DNA of 64,000 nucleotides, taken from the NCBI GenBank assembly GCA_016713305.1, contig JADJPK010000008.1:296192-360191 (forward strand). Reading direction: 5' to 3'. Every line of letters begins with the position of its first letter. Positions within the stretch are counted from its first letter, which is position 1. The stretch is from Betaproteobacteria bacterium. Its GTDB lineage: Bacteria > Pseudomonadota > Gammaproteobacteria > Burkholderiales > Ga0077523. The translations under genes and the position numbers were made by a program. Positions 41,601 through 48,541 of this stretch are shown here, in pieces. The notes beneath the pieces were generated by a model. The model saw only the letters and a program-made list of their open reading frames with translations, was not told the origin of the DNA and did no database searches.

Positions 41601-43426
41601 CCGTGATGCAGAGCCGGGTGGACGAAGGCGATGTTGCACGGTTGTCCGGCACCATCGCCGATCCGGGCCGGCTCGACAGCTTCACGCTGACCGTGGATTG
41701 GGGCGAGGGAGCCCCGGAAGTGATCGCGTTGAGCGCGGGGGCCACGGTGTTCGAAGTGGTGCATCGCTATCAGGACGACCGGCCCGGCGGGACTGCATTC
41801 GACGCCTATCCGATCGCCATCTCCCTGCTCGATGACGATGGCGGCTCCGCCGCGACCACGGCGGCCGTGGTCGTCGACAACGTGGCCCCCGCGATCACTG
41901 GTCTGGCGACGTCCGCCGGCTCGGTCGCGGAAGGCGATTCGGTGACGATCTCCGGCCGCATCGACGACCCGGGCGTCCTGGACGAGCACACGGTACAGAT
42001 CGACTGGGGCGACGGGTCGGTCGTGTCCGCGTCGGTGGATGCCGTGACTCGTACCTTCGCGGCCGAGCACCGCTATGTCGACGACGATCCCACGGCGACA
42101 CCGTCGGACCTCTATGCGATCACGGCCACGATCGCCGACGACGATCTCGGCAGCGGCACAGCATCCACTCAGGTGACCGTCGAGAACCGTGCTCCCGGTC
42201 TCACCGGGTTGCAGGTGGACGAGATCCGTACGGCCCTGACATCGTCGGCGACGCTCAGCGGGCGCCTTTCCGATGTGGGCATCTCGGATACGCACGTGGT
42301 GACCGTGGAGTGGGGCGATGGAACCTCCAGCCAGGCCACCGTGGACGCCATCGCGCGCACCTTCACCGCCCAGCACGAATACCGCATCGACGTGGTGCCG
42401 GGGTACCGCATCCTCGTCAGCGCCACCGACGACGACACCGGAGGTACATCGAGCTACATCGACACCATCGGATACCAGGCCAACCGGGCGCCGATCGCGC
42501 GCGACGACGCCGCCTCCGTCGTGAGGGGTTCGTTCATCGACATCGACCTCCTCACGAACGACAGCGATCCCGACGCAGATCCGTTGTCGACCCTGTTGAC
42601 GACCGTGTCCACCCACGGGGTGCTTCGCCATCTTGGCTCGGGCGTGTATCGATACACGTCCGCGTCGGGATTCACGGGAACGGACTCCTTCACCTACCGC
42701 GTGAGCGACGGCAAGGCAGGTTCCAACGTCGCGACCGTGACCGTCTCCGTTCTGGACACGAATGTTGCCCCCGTGGCGGTCGGTGACGTCGTGACGACTG
42801 CGGAAGACACGCCCCTGACGTTCGATCCAAGGGCGAACGATACGGACACGGATCTGGATCCGCTGACCATCGCCGGGATGACGCCCGCGTCGCACGGCAT
42901 CGTGAGCCTGAATGCCGACGGCTCCGTGACCTACACGCCCGATCAGGACTTCAACGGCACGGACTCGTTCACGTACATCGTGAGTGATGGCCGCGACACC
43001 TCGGACGTGGCCACGGTCACTGTCATCGTGACGCCGCAACCTGACGTTCCCACGGTGCCGAACCAGCAGATCACGGTGCCGGAAGACCATTTCACCAGGA
43101 TCGATCTGGTGACCGGAGCGACGGATCCGGACGGCGATCCGCTCACTCCGATAATTGGCACGCCACCGGTCAACGGGACGCTGACGCAGAATCCGGACGG
43201 GACGTTCACGTACACACCGAAGCCGAACTTCAACGGCACCGACACCTTCACCTTCACGGTGACGGACGGAACGAACACTTCGACGCCGGCGACGGTGACG
43301 ATCCTCGTGACGCCGCAGCCGGATCTGCCGACCGTGCCGAACCAGCAGATCACGGTGCCGGAAGACCATTTCACCAGGATCGATCTGGTGACCGGAGCGA
43401 CGGATCCGGACGGCGATCCGCTCACG
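35666..43426 (+). CDS. Giant gene segment E (Gly-rich tract, PA14, split propeller with 2 PPC-like inserts, PKD-like modules, cadherin-like repeats)
   Basis: Tracked ORF 35960..43981. The frame is open upstream to about 35660 (GLGGDGGSKGDDSSAGPGDF...). It is meaningful to ...GATDPDGDPLT at 43426. The start coordinate is approximate. Confidence 0.8.
36515..36910 (+). other. PA14-like domain of the giant protein
   Basis: TKIFNFGSTL...RVISQGWGPLNFQGG...DNFAVQWTGNIEV...VTFYLSSDDGGRLYIDDQLVIND...GTHSIRVEYFGSTGNAGIALEYS matches the PA14 pattern (F.v...G.i......Y.F...sDDg..l.idg..vid). Confidence 0.75.
38192..38944 (+). other. Two pre-peptidase-C-terminal (PPC)-like modules inserted in a 7-bladed propeller
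   Basis: The modules are GGTISTATDRDVYRFEAASGDALTVDLRG...GVLRLFDRNGTLLVLDND...YYLVADG...GTYTLRASL (38192-38497) and a second copy ...ATDRDVFMITAAPGDSLTLALSG...GYLRLFDDQGTFLAADDD...VYIVADG...GTYTLTATH (38654-38944). They are flanked by SPDG-x-x-(V/L)YV...(I/V)-x-VF-type blades at about 37652-38029 (3 blades) and about 38972-39535 (4 blades). Confidence 0.6.
40150..42481 (+). other. Array of about eight PKD/Ig-like modules
   Basis: W/V-D-x-(G/N)-DG signatures recur about every 270-290 nt: WDVNGDGAFGD, VNWGDGTPVQSY...HVYVTPGTYNIVV, WDLNGDGAAD, VDFNNDGDYDD, VDWTDGVVETF, VDWGEGAPEV, IDWGDGSVVS, VEWGDGTSSQ. Confidence 0.65.
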
Positions 43427-43900
43427 CGGGCACCCGATGATTGGCACGCCACCGGTCAACGGGACGCTGACGCAGAATCCGGACGGGACGTTCACGTACA
43501 CACCGAAGCCGGACTTCAACGGCACCGACACCTTCACCTTCGTGGTGACGGACGGAACGAACACTTCGACGCCGGCGACGGTGACGATCCTTGTGACGCC
43601 GCAGCCGGATCTGCCGACCGTGCCGAACCAGCAGATCACGGTGCCGGAAGACCATTTCACCAGGATCGATCTGGTGACCGGAGCGACGGATCCGGACGGC
43701 GATCCGCTCACGCCGGTGATCGGCACGCCGCCGGTCAACGGCACGCTGACGCAGAACCCGGACGGGACGTTCACGTACACGCCGAAGCCGGACTTCAACG
43801 GCACCGACACCTTCACCTTCACGGTGACGGATGGGACGAACACCTCGACGCCCGCGACGGTGACCATCGTCGTGACACCCCAGCCAGATCGCCCCATCGT
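42482..43900 (+). repeat. Cadherin-like 93-95-aa repeats, including three near-identical 279-bp tandem units
   Basis: The units follow the pattern NxAPxAxDD...D(L/P)LxND(S/T)D.D.DPL......P.HG......DG..TYTP...F.GTDSFTY.VSDG......ATVTV. Units at 43034-43312, 43313-43598 (carrying 7 extra nt) and 43599-43877 are nearly identical at the DNA level. Confidence 0.85.
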
Positions 43901-45827
43901 CACGACGGAAACGGCCTCGTTGCGTGCAGTGGCGGACGAGGGCGAACTGGTCATCATGCAGTTCGACATGTTCGATCCTGACGGCGAGCTGCTCCAGTTG
44001 AGCCTTTCCGGCGCGCCGTCCGGCGCGACGGTGCTGGCGTTGAGCGCGACACGCGGCGAAGTCCGCTGGACGGCTTCGGACGGAGAGGCGACCTACCCGT
44101 TCGAGATCGTGGTGAGCGACGGCACTTCGGAAGTGAGGACGGAAGCGGCGGTGCTGGTGCACAACGTGGCGCCGGTGCTGACGGCCACCGGCGCGGCGAC
44201 GGCGCTGTCGAATCAGCCGTACGTGCTGAGTCTGGGATCGTTCGACCCCGGTGAGGACACCCTGCAGACCTGGGTGGTCGACTGGGGCGACGGCAGTGCG
44301 CTGGAGACGGTGGCGGGCAATACCCCGAGCTTGACTCACGTGTTCCGCGAGCCTGGCAAGACCCACCGCATCCAGGCCGGTGCGATCGACGAGGATGGCG
44401 CGTGGAGTGCGGCGCCGCTGGACGTGCAGGTGATCAACCCGAGGCTGTACGTCACCCAGTGGAACGCCACCGAAAGCGGGGTGAACGTGCGCTTCAGCCG
44501 CAGCGTCGACGCCAGCGTGCTGAACCTGTACGAAAGCGCGCTGGACCCGCAAGGCGGAACGGATCTGGTCCTGGTCGGACCGGACGGAAAGCCGGTGCGG
44601 GGCAACCTCATTCTGGATGCCGACCGGCAAGGCTTCAGCTTTGTCGCCACCGGCGGGGGGCTGGCGGCGGGCCGCTACGAATTGACCCTGTCGGCGCGGA
44701 CCAATGCCTTCGTCGACAGCGACGGGATCGGCCTGGACGGCAACAAGGACACCATCGGTGGCGACGACTTCCGGGCCAGTTTCACGATCGCCCCCATCGC
44801 CAAGCCCACCCTGAGCATCGCCGACTTCGTCATCGGGCCCAAACAGGTCGCCGACGTACCCGCGACCAGTCGCGGCATCCCGCTGACGCTGACCAGCGAA
44901 GTGGCGGTGAGCGAGCTCAGCTTCGGTCTCAAGCTCGACCCGGCGCTGCTGGAGATCATCGGCATCGAAGGCGGAGCGGACTTGCCTGCGGGAAGCCAGA
45001 TCCGCATCACCGGAGCGGGCGGCAGCTATGGCATCACCGTCACACTGTCCGGACCGCTGGCAGCCGGAACGCATGAAGTGCTGCGGCTGCTGGGTTCCGT
45101 ACCTGCCACGGCGCCCTATCGTGCCGCCCAGGTGCTGGACCTGCACAGCGTCCGCGTCAATGGACAGAGTGCCAGGGCCGACGACGGCGTGCACATCGCC
45201 GCCTATCTGGGCGACACCACGGGAGATGCCCGCTATACCAGCCTGGACGGCCAGCGGATCAACCGCTACGTCGGCGGACTGGACGGAGGCTTCGGTGCAT
45301 ACAAGACGCTCGATCCGGTGCTCGTCGGCGACGTGGACCGGAACGGTGTGCTCGATGCCGCCGATACCCTCATCGTCAGCCGTGAATCGCAGTACCTGCT
45401 GAGCGGCAACGTCAATCTCGATCAGAAGCAGATCGCCCCGATTCCGGCGACGCAGCAGAGCGCGACGCTGGGAACGGACAGCGTGGGGGTGAGCGCTCCG
45501 GTGGCTGCCACGGCGAGCCGGACTGCCATCAAGACGGTGGTGCCAGCGGCCCCGGCGAGCCCGGCCACGAACTGGCTCGATCAGGCGATGCGGACATTGA
45601 ATGCCATGAGGGCGCCGAGCCTGCCAGTGGAGGATGTGGAGATGAGATTCCTGAGCGGCGAGCGGACGTGGGAGAACCTCAACGTTCCGGTGCCGGACAC
45701 GAGCTGGAAGGTGACGCTGCCCAGGCTCACGAGCGGGGTGGTGCTGAGCGAGGCGGCGCTGCCTGCCGGATTGACGCAGGACACACTGGCCGCACTGAAG
45801 TACCTGGCGAAGCGGAAGGGGCGGTAA
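43434..45827 (+). CDS. Giant gene segment F (last cadherin-like repeats, PKD-like module, cohesin-like and dockerin-like C-terminus)
   Basis: Tracked ORF 43437..45827. It resumes the interrupted repeat exactly at P-M-IGTPPVNGTLTQNPDGTFTYTPKP. The stop TAA is at 45825-45827. Confidence 0.85.
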   Translation, partial: PMIGTPPVNGTLTQNPDGTFTYTPKPDFNGTDTFTFVVTDGTNTSTPATVTILVTPQPDLPTVPNQQITVPEDHFTRIDLVTGATDPDGDPLTPVIGTPPVNGTLTQNPDGTFTYTPKPDFNGTDTFTFTVTDGTNTSTPATVTIVVTPQPDRPIVTTETASLRAVADEGELVIMQFDMFDPDGELLQLSLSGAPSGATVLALSATRGEVRWTASDGEATYPFEIVVSDGTSEVRTEAAVLVHNVAPVLTATGAATALSNQPYVLSLGSFDPGEDTLQTWVVDWGDGSALETVAGNTPSLTHVFREPGKTHRIQAGAIDEDGAWSAAPLDVQVINPRLYVTQWNATESGVNVRFSRSVDASVLNLYESALDPQGGTDLVLVGPDGKPVRGNLILDADRQGFSFVATGGGLAAGRYELTLSARTNAFVDSDGIGLDGNKDTIGGDDFRASFTIAPIAKPTLSIADFVIGPKQVADVPATSRGIPLTLTSEVAVSELSFGLKLDPALLEIIGIEGGADLPAGSQIRITGAGGSYGITVTLSGPLAAGTHEVLRLLGSVPATAPYRAAQVLDLHSVRVNGQSARADDGVHIAAYLGDTTGDARYTSLDGQRINRYVGGLDGGFGAYKTLDPVLVGDVDRNGVLDAADTLIVSRESQYLLSGNVNLDQKQIAPIPATQQSATLGTDSVGVSAPVAATASRTAIKTVVPAAPASPATNWLDQAMRTLNAMRAPSLPVEDVEMRFLSGERTWENLNVPVPDTSWKVTLPRLTSGVVLSEAALPAGLTQDTLAALKYLAKRKGR
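44808..45165 (+). other. Cohesin-like module near the C-terminus of the giant protein
   Basis: TLSIADFVIGPKQVADVPATSRGIPLTLTSEVAVSELSFGLKLDPALLEIIGIEGG...GITVTLSG...HEVLRLLGSVPATAP...LDLHSVRVNG shows the cohesin-type pattern (ipv.l.s...v.....f.l.yDp.lL.i). Confidence 0.5.
45210..45389 (+). other. Dockerin-like duplicated EF-hand module
   Basis: GDTTGDARYTSLDGQRINRYV ... GDVDRNGVLDAADTLIVSRE forms two D-x-(D/T)-x-(D/N)-G-x-(hydrophobic)-x3-D loops, each followed by a helix. The spacing is typical of type-I dockerins. Confidence 0.55.
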
Positions 45828-45843
45828 GCATGGGCCCCTACTT

Positions 45844-45934
45844 CGGTCCCTGGGCCCTAGACCCTAGACCCCAGACCCTGGACCCTAGACCCTGGACCCT
45901 AGACCCTGGACCCTGGTCCCTGGTCCCTGGTCCC
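45844..45934. repeat. Heptanucleotide microsatellite (CCCTRGW) x13
   Basis: cggtccc tgggccc tagaccc tagaccc cagaccc tggaccc tagaccc tggaccc tagaccc tggaccc tggtccc tggtccc tggtccc. It begins 17 nt after the giant-gene stop. The complementary strand carries 13 GGG tracts with 4-nt loops. Confidence 0.9.
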
Positions 45935-45946
45935 GAGGTGAAATCA

Positions 45947-45994
45947 GGCCGCCTCTGGCGGCCGTAGACACCTTGCCGCGGCCACAAGGCCGCG
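45947..45994. terminator. Two GC hairpins at the centre of the convergent intergenic region
   Basis: ggccgcc-tct-ggcggcc (45947-45963) and cgcggcc-acaa-ggccgcg (45977-45994) lie between the giant gene (+) and the fixJ-like gene (-). They have no T-tracts. Confidence 0.4.
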
Positions 45995-46002
45995 CCGGCA
46001 CC

Positions 46003-46047
46003 CCTAGGGTCCAGGGTCTGGGGACCAGGGTCTGGGGTTGGGGGCCC
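46003..46047. repeat. Inverted copy of the heptamer array (AGGGTCY-type, about 6 units)
   Basis: cctagggtccagggtctggggaccagggtctggggttgggggccc is the reverse complement in type of the 45844-45934 array. It carries six G3-5 tracts on the plus strand and ends 1 nt before the fixJ-like stop codon (46049-46051). Confidence 0.8.
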
Positions 46048-46048
46048 G

Positions 46049-46651
46049 TCAGCTTGCCGCGGTGGTGAGGTGAGCGAGCTGCAAGAGATTCGTGGCGCCC
46101 GTCTTGGCAAGAATGCGCGAACGGTGAAATTCCACCGTGCGGTGGCTGATACCCAGAGTCCGTGCGATCTCCTTGTTGGCCTGGCCCGCCAACGCAAGTC
46201 TGAGAACCTCCAGTTCGCGCGCCGACAGCCCCGACAGGCGGGTGCGTTCCTCGTCCTCGGCGTGCCGCCTCGCCAACGCGTCCCGGTTGTCTTCGAAGGC
46301 ATTCTCGATCCGCTCGATGAGGCGGTCGGCCTGCACGGGTTTGGTGAGGAAGTCCAGGGCGCCAGCCTGGATGGCCCGCACGGTCGTCGGAATATCGCCG
46401 TGACCGGTCAGAAAGATCACGGGCAACTTCGAGCCTTCCGCACCCAGTGCGGCCTGCACGTCCAGGCCGCTCATCCCGTCCATGCGCAGATCCAGAATCA
46501 CGCAGCCGGGGTCGTCCAGGCGGCCCGAGCCGAGGAAAGCCTCGCCGCTCTCGAAGGTTTCGACGCGATACCCCGCCGTGTCGAGAAGCATCGAAACACT
46601 GTCCCGCACGGCCGCATCGTCGTCCACCAGGAACACCGTGGGCGCGGTCAT
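46049..46651 (-). CDS. fixJ: FixJ/NarL-type response regulator (receiver + LuxR HTH)
   Basis: 200 aa from ATG 46651: MTAPTVFLVDDDAAVRDSVSMLL...CVILDLRMDGMSGLD...VIFLTGHGDIPTTVRAIQAGALDFLTKP...LSARELEVLRLALAGQANKEIARTLGISHRTVEFHRSRIL. The start overlaps the kinase stop (ATGA). Confidence 0.85.
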   Translation of the reverse strand: MTAPTVFLVDDDAAVRDSVSMLLDTAGYRVETFESGEAFLGSGRLDDPGCVILDLRMDGMSGLDVQAALGAEGSKLPVIFLTGHGDIPTTVRAIQAGALDFLTKPVQADRLIERIENAFEDNRDALARRHAEDEERTRLSGLSARELEVLRLALAGQANKEIARTLGISHRTVEFHRSRILAKTGATNLLQLAHLTTAAS

Positions 46652-48132
46652 GGCGCGAAGGGCAACGTGAAATGGAACGTCGCGCCGGGCGTGTCCCGCG
46701 CGGTGTCCAGCCACAGCTGGCCGCCCTGAGCCTCGATGAGCGCACGGCTGATGGCGAGCCCCAGCCCCAGGCCGTTGGGTTTGGTGGTGAAGAACGGGTG
46801 GAAGGCGCGCTGGACGAGTTGGGGGTCCAATCCCGGACCCGTATCCGAAACCGATACCTTGGCCATGTTGGTTTCCGCCATGGTCCGGATGGTGACGCGG
46901 ATCGTCTGCTGCTCGAGGCCCAGGTCGCGCATGGCTTCCACGCCGTTGGCAATCAGGTTGACCAGCACCTTCTCGACCTGCAGCCGGTTCGCCTGTACCG
47001 GCCGCAGATCCGGCCCCAGATCCAGCAACGTGCGGAAGCCGTTCCATCCGTTGGATTCCACCAGCGCCAGCGCGTTCTTCACGACCGTGTTGAGGTCCAC
47101 CGGTTCGGTGGCGGCCTCGCCCTTCTGCAGAAACTCGAGCAGTTCCCGCACGACTTTCGACGCGCGCTGAGCCTGCTCTGCGCTGCCTTCCAGCGCGCGT
47201 TTCAGCTTGGCCGGATCGGGCACGTCCATCCTCAGCATGCGTACGGCCGCTTCCGCGTACGAGGTGACGGCGATGAGAGGCTGATTGAGTTCATGGGCGA
47301 TGGCCATGGCAGTGTGCTTCGCCACGCTCAACTTGACCATCTCGGCCATTTCGGCTCGCAGCTGCCCCAGTGCCGCTTCGGCTTCCTTCCGCCCGTGGAT
47401 GTCCTCGACGACGATCTGGAAGCCAGTCGAAGTGCCGTCGCGCTCGCGTTGGAGGGACAGCGTGACGCCCACCCACACATGGGTCCCATCCGGACGCGCG
47501 ACGCGCAGTTCGCGGTGCGCGTTGTCGATCGCGCCGCTTGCGACGAACTCCATCAGTTGCCGCGTCTCGGCACGATCGTCCGGGTGGGCCAGGTCTGGCA
47601 GGCTGCTCTGTACCAGCTCATGGGCAGGGCGGCCCAGGATCCGGCGCAGCGTCTCGTTCACCCGGAGCCACGTTCCGTCCCGCCCGATGCGAGCGATTCC
47701 GATCGGCGCCTGCTCGAACGTGCTCCGGAACTGCTCCTCGCTGTCGCGCAATGCCTGTTCTGCAACGTAGCGCCGCGTCACGTCGTGCACGCCGACGAGG
47801 ATACGGCCGCCCGGCACGGGGGTGAGGCTCACGTCGGCCCAGAACAGGCTGCCATCCCGGCGATGTCCACGCAGGTTCGGCAAGGTCCCCATGGGACGAG
47901 GCACCGGCGCACGTCCGTACAGCTCGCGCCGCTGGCGGTGGGATTCCCGCGCCGCCTCGGGAACGAGGGCTTCCACGTCCAGCCGGGAGAATTCTTCTTC
48001 CGAGTACCCGAAATGCTCCGCCGCCGCTGCGTTGAAGCTGACGATCTTCCCCCGATCGTCCACCAGAAGAAGCGGATCGACCGCGAGCCGGAACAGCAGC
48101 CGGTAATCGATGTCGTGAGTGTCCTGGTTCAC
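46648..48132 (-). CDS. fixL: FixL-like PAS-PAS sensor histidine kinase
   Basis: The first PAS, KIVSFNAAAAEHFGYSEEEF...LVPEAARESHRQRRELY...GHRRDGSLFW, parallels the FixL haem-PAS as recalled (IVSFNAAA..FGY.EEE...PEPYRHEHDGYL...GQRKDGSTFP), and the proximal His position is conserved. A second PAS follows, then the HisKA motif AIAHELNQPL and HATPase N/G boxes ([27 protein letters not shown]). The start is proposed at GTG 48132 (AGGGA 5 nt upstream). Sequence upstream in the tracked ORF (to 48504) is Arg/Pro/Gly noise. Confidence 0.75.
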   Translation of the reverse strand: MNQDTHDIDYRLLFRLAVDPLLLVDDRGKIVSFNAAAAEHFGYSEEEFSRLDVEALVPEAARESHRQRRELYGRAPVPRPMGTLPNLRGHRRDGSLFWADVSLTPVPGGRILVGVHDVTRRYVAEQALRDSEEQFRSTFEQAPIGIARIGRDGTWLRVNETLRRILGRPAHELVQSSLPDLAHPDDRAETRQLMEFVASGAIDNAHRELRVARPDGTHVWVGVTLSLQRERDGTSTGFQIVVEDIHGRKEAEAALGQLRAEMAEMVKLSVAKHTAMAIAHELNQPLIAVTSYAEAAVRMLRMDVPDPAKLKRALEGSAEQAQRASKVVRELLEFLQKGEAATEPVDLNTVVKNALALVESNGWNGFRTLLDLGPDLRPVQANRLQVEKVLVNLIANGVEAMRDLGLEQQTIRVTIRTMAETNMAKVSVSDTGPGLDPQLVQRAFHPFFTTKPNGLGLGLAISRALIEAQGGQLWLDTARDTPGATFHFTLPFAP

Positions 48133-48541
48133 AAGGGTCCCTGTGCCCGGCGGGGAACCGTTTGCAGGCGTCCTTCCGCCAGCGGGGCAGCGCCACCCCG
48201 GACGGGACGTCGAGTCCCCTCCCGGCAATGGATGCGCCGAATCTTCAACGCCGGGGAGCATTGCAGGCGCCGGCGTCCGGCGCAAGCGGCTGCACGAGTT
48301 CATCGCCTCCCGCCACGTTCTGCACCTTTGCATCGTGCCGGGTTGTCGGTTCCCGACCCGGAACCCGCGACTTCCCAACCCGGAACCCGTGACCATCCTA
48401 GGCCCACCGGCCTGCAGACGCCATCCGTGGAAACACCAGCGCCACCGGGGCACAACCCGTGGACGCACGAGTTGAGAGCGCTCCTGTCCGCCTATACAAC
48501 TCAATCATGCACCGCACATGAGTGCGCGACGAGGAGCCGCA

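Larger units (their letters stand above)
21415..45827 (+). pseudogene. Giant LEPR-XLL-type surface/adhesin gene (about 24.4 kb, about 8,135 codons after repair), split over six reading frames as sequenced
   Basis: ATG 21415 has GAGGGGA upstream. The N-terminus ...ALFERLEPRILLSADAPG carries the LEPR-x-LL signature of very large secreted proteins. Protein-like, repeat-consistent translation continues across five frame switches (25953-54, 30392-95, 34163-66, 35654-76, 43427-33). No intervening RBS/start signals are seen, and the only terminal stop is at 45825-45827. Confidence 0.8.

Noticed and set aside
25953-43433. Programmed ribosomal frameshifting or homopolymer phase variation as the reason for the split giant gene
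   Set aside because: The runs are only 2-6 nt long, and both +1 and -1 changes occur. No slippery heptamer or downstream pseudoknot pattern is shared. Identical-looking indels hit hyuA, a sensor kinase and a dioxygenase. Sequence error is more parsimonious, though only reads can settle it.
21415-45827. RTX toxin / type I secretion substrate
   Set aside because: The Gly/Asp repeats are GxGxD(T/S)(L/V)-type but not canonical GGxGxDxUx nonapeptide arrays. The C-terminus is cohesin/dockerin-like rather than an RTX secretion signal. No ABC/MFP/TolC genes flank the gene.
45844-45934. Telomere-like repeat (CCCTAGA resembles eukaryotic CCCTAAA)
   Set aside because: The context is an ordinary bacterial intergenic spacer with genes on both sides, and the units are degenerate (CCCTRGW). 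It has no bearing on replicon ends.
45668-46302. ORFs across the heptamer arrays giving PWTLDPRPQTLDP-type peptides
   Set aside because: A 7-nt repeat cycles through all three frames, so the apparent peptide periodicity is an artefact. The region is intergenic between two stops.
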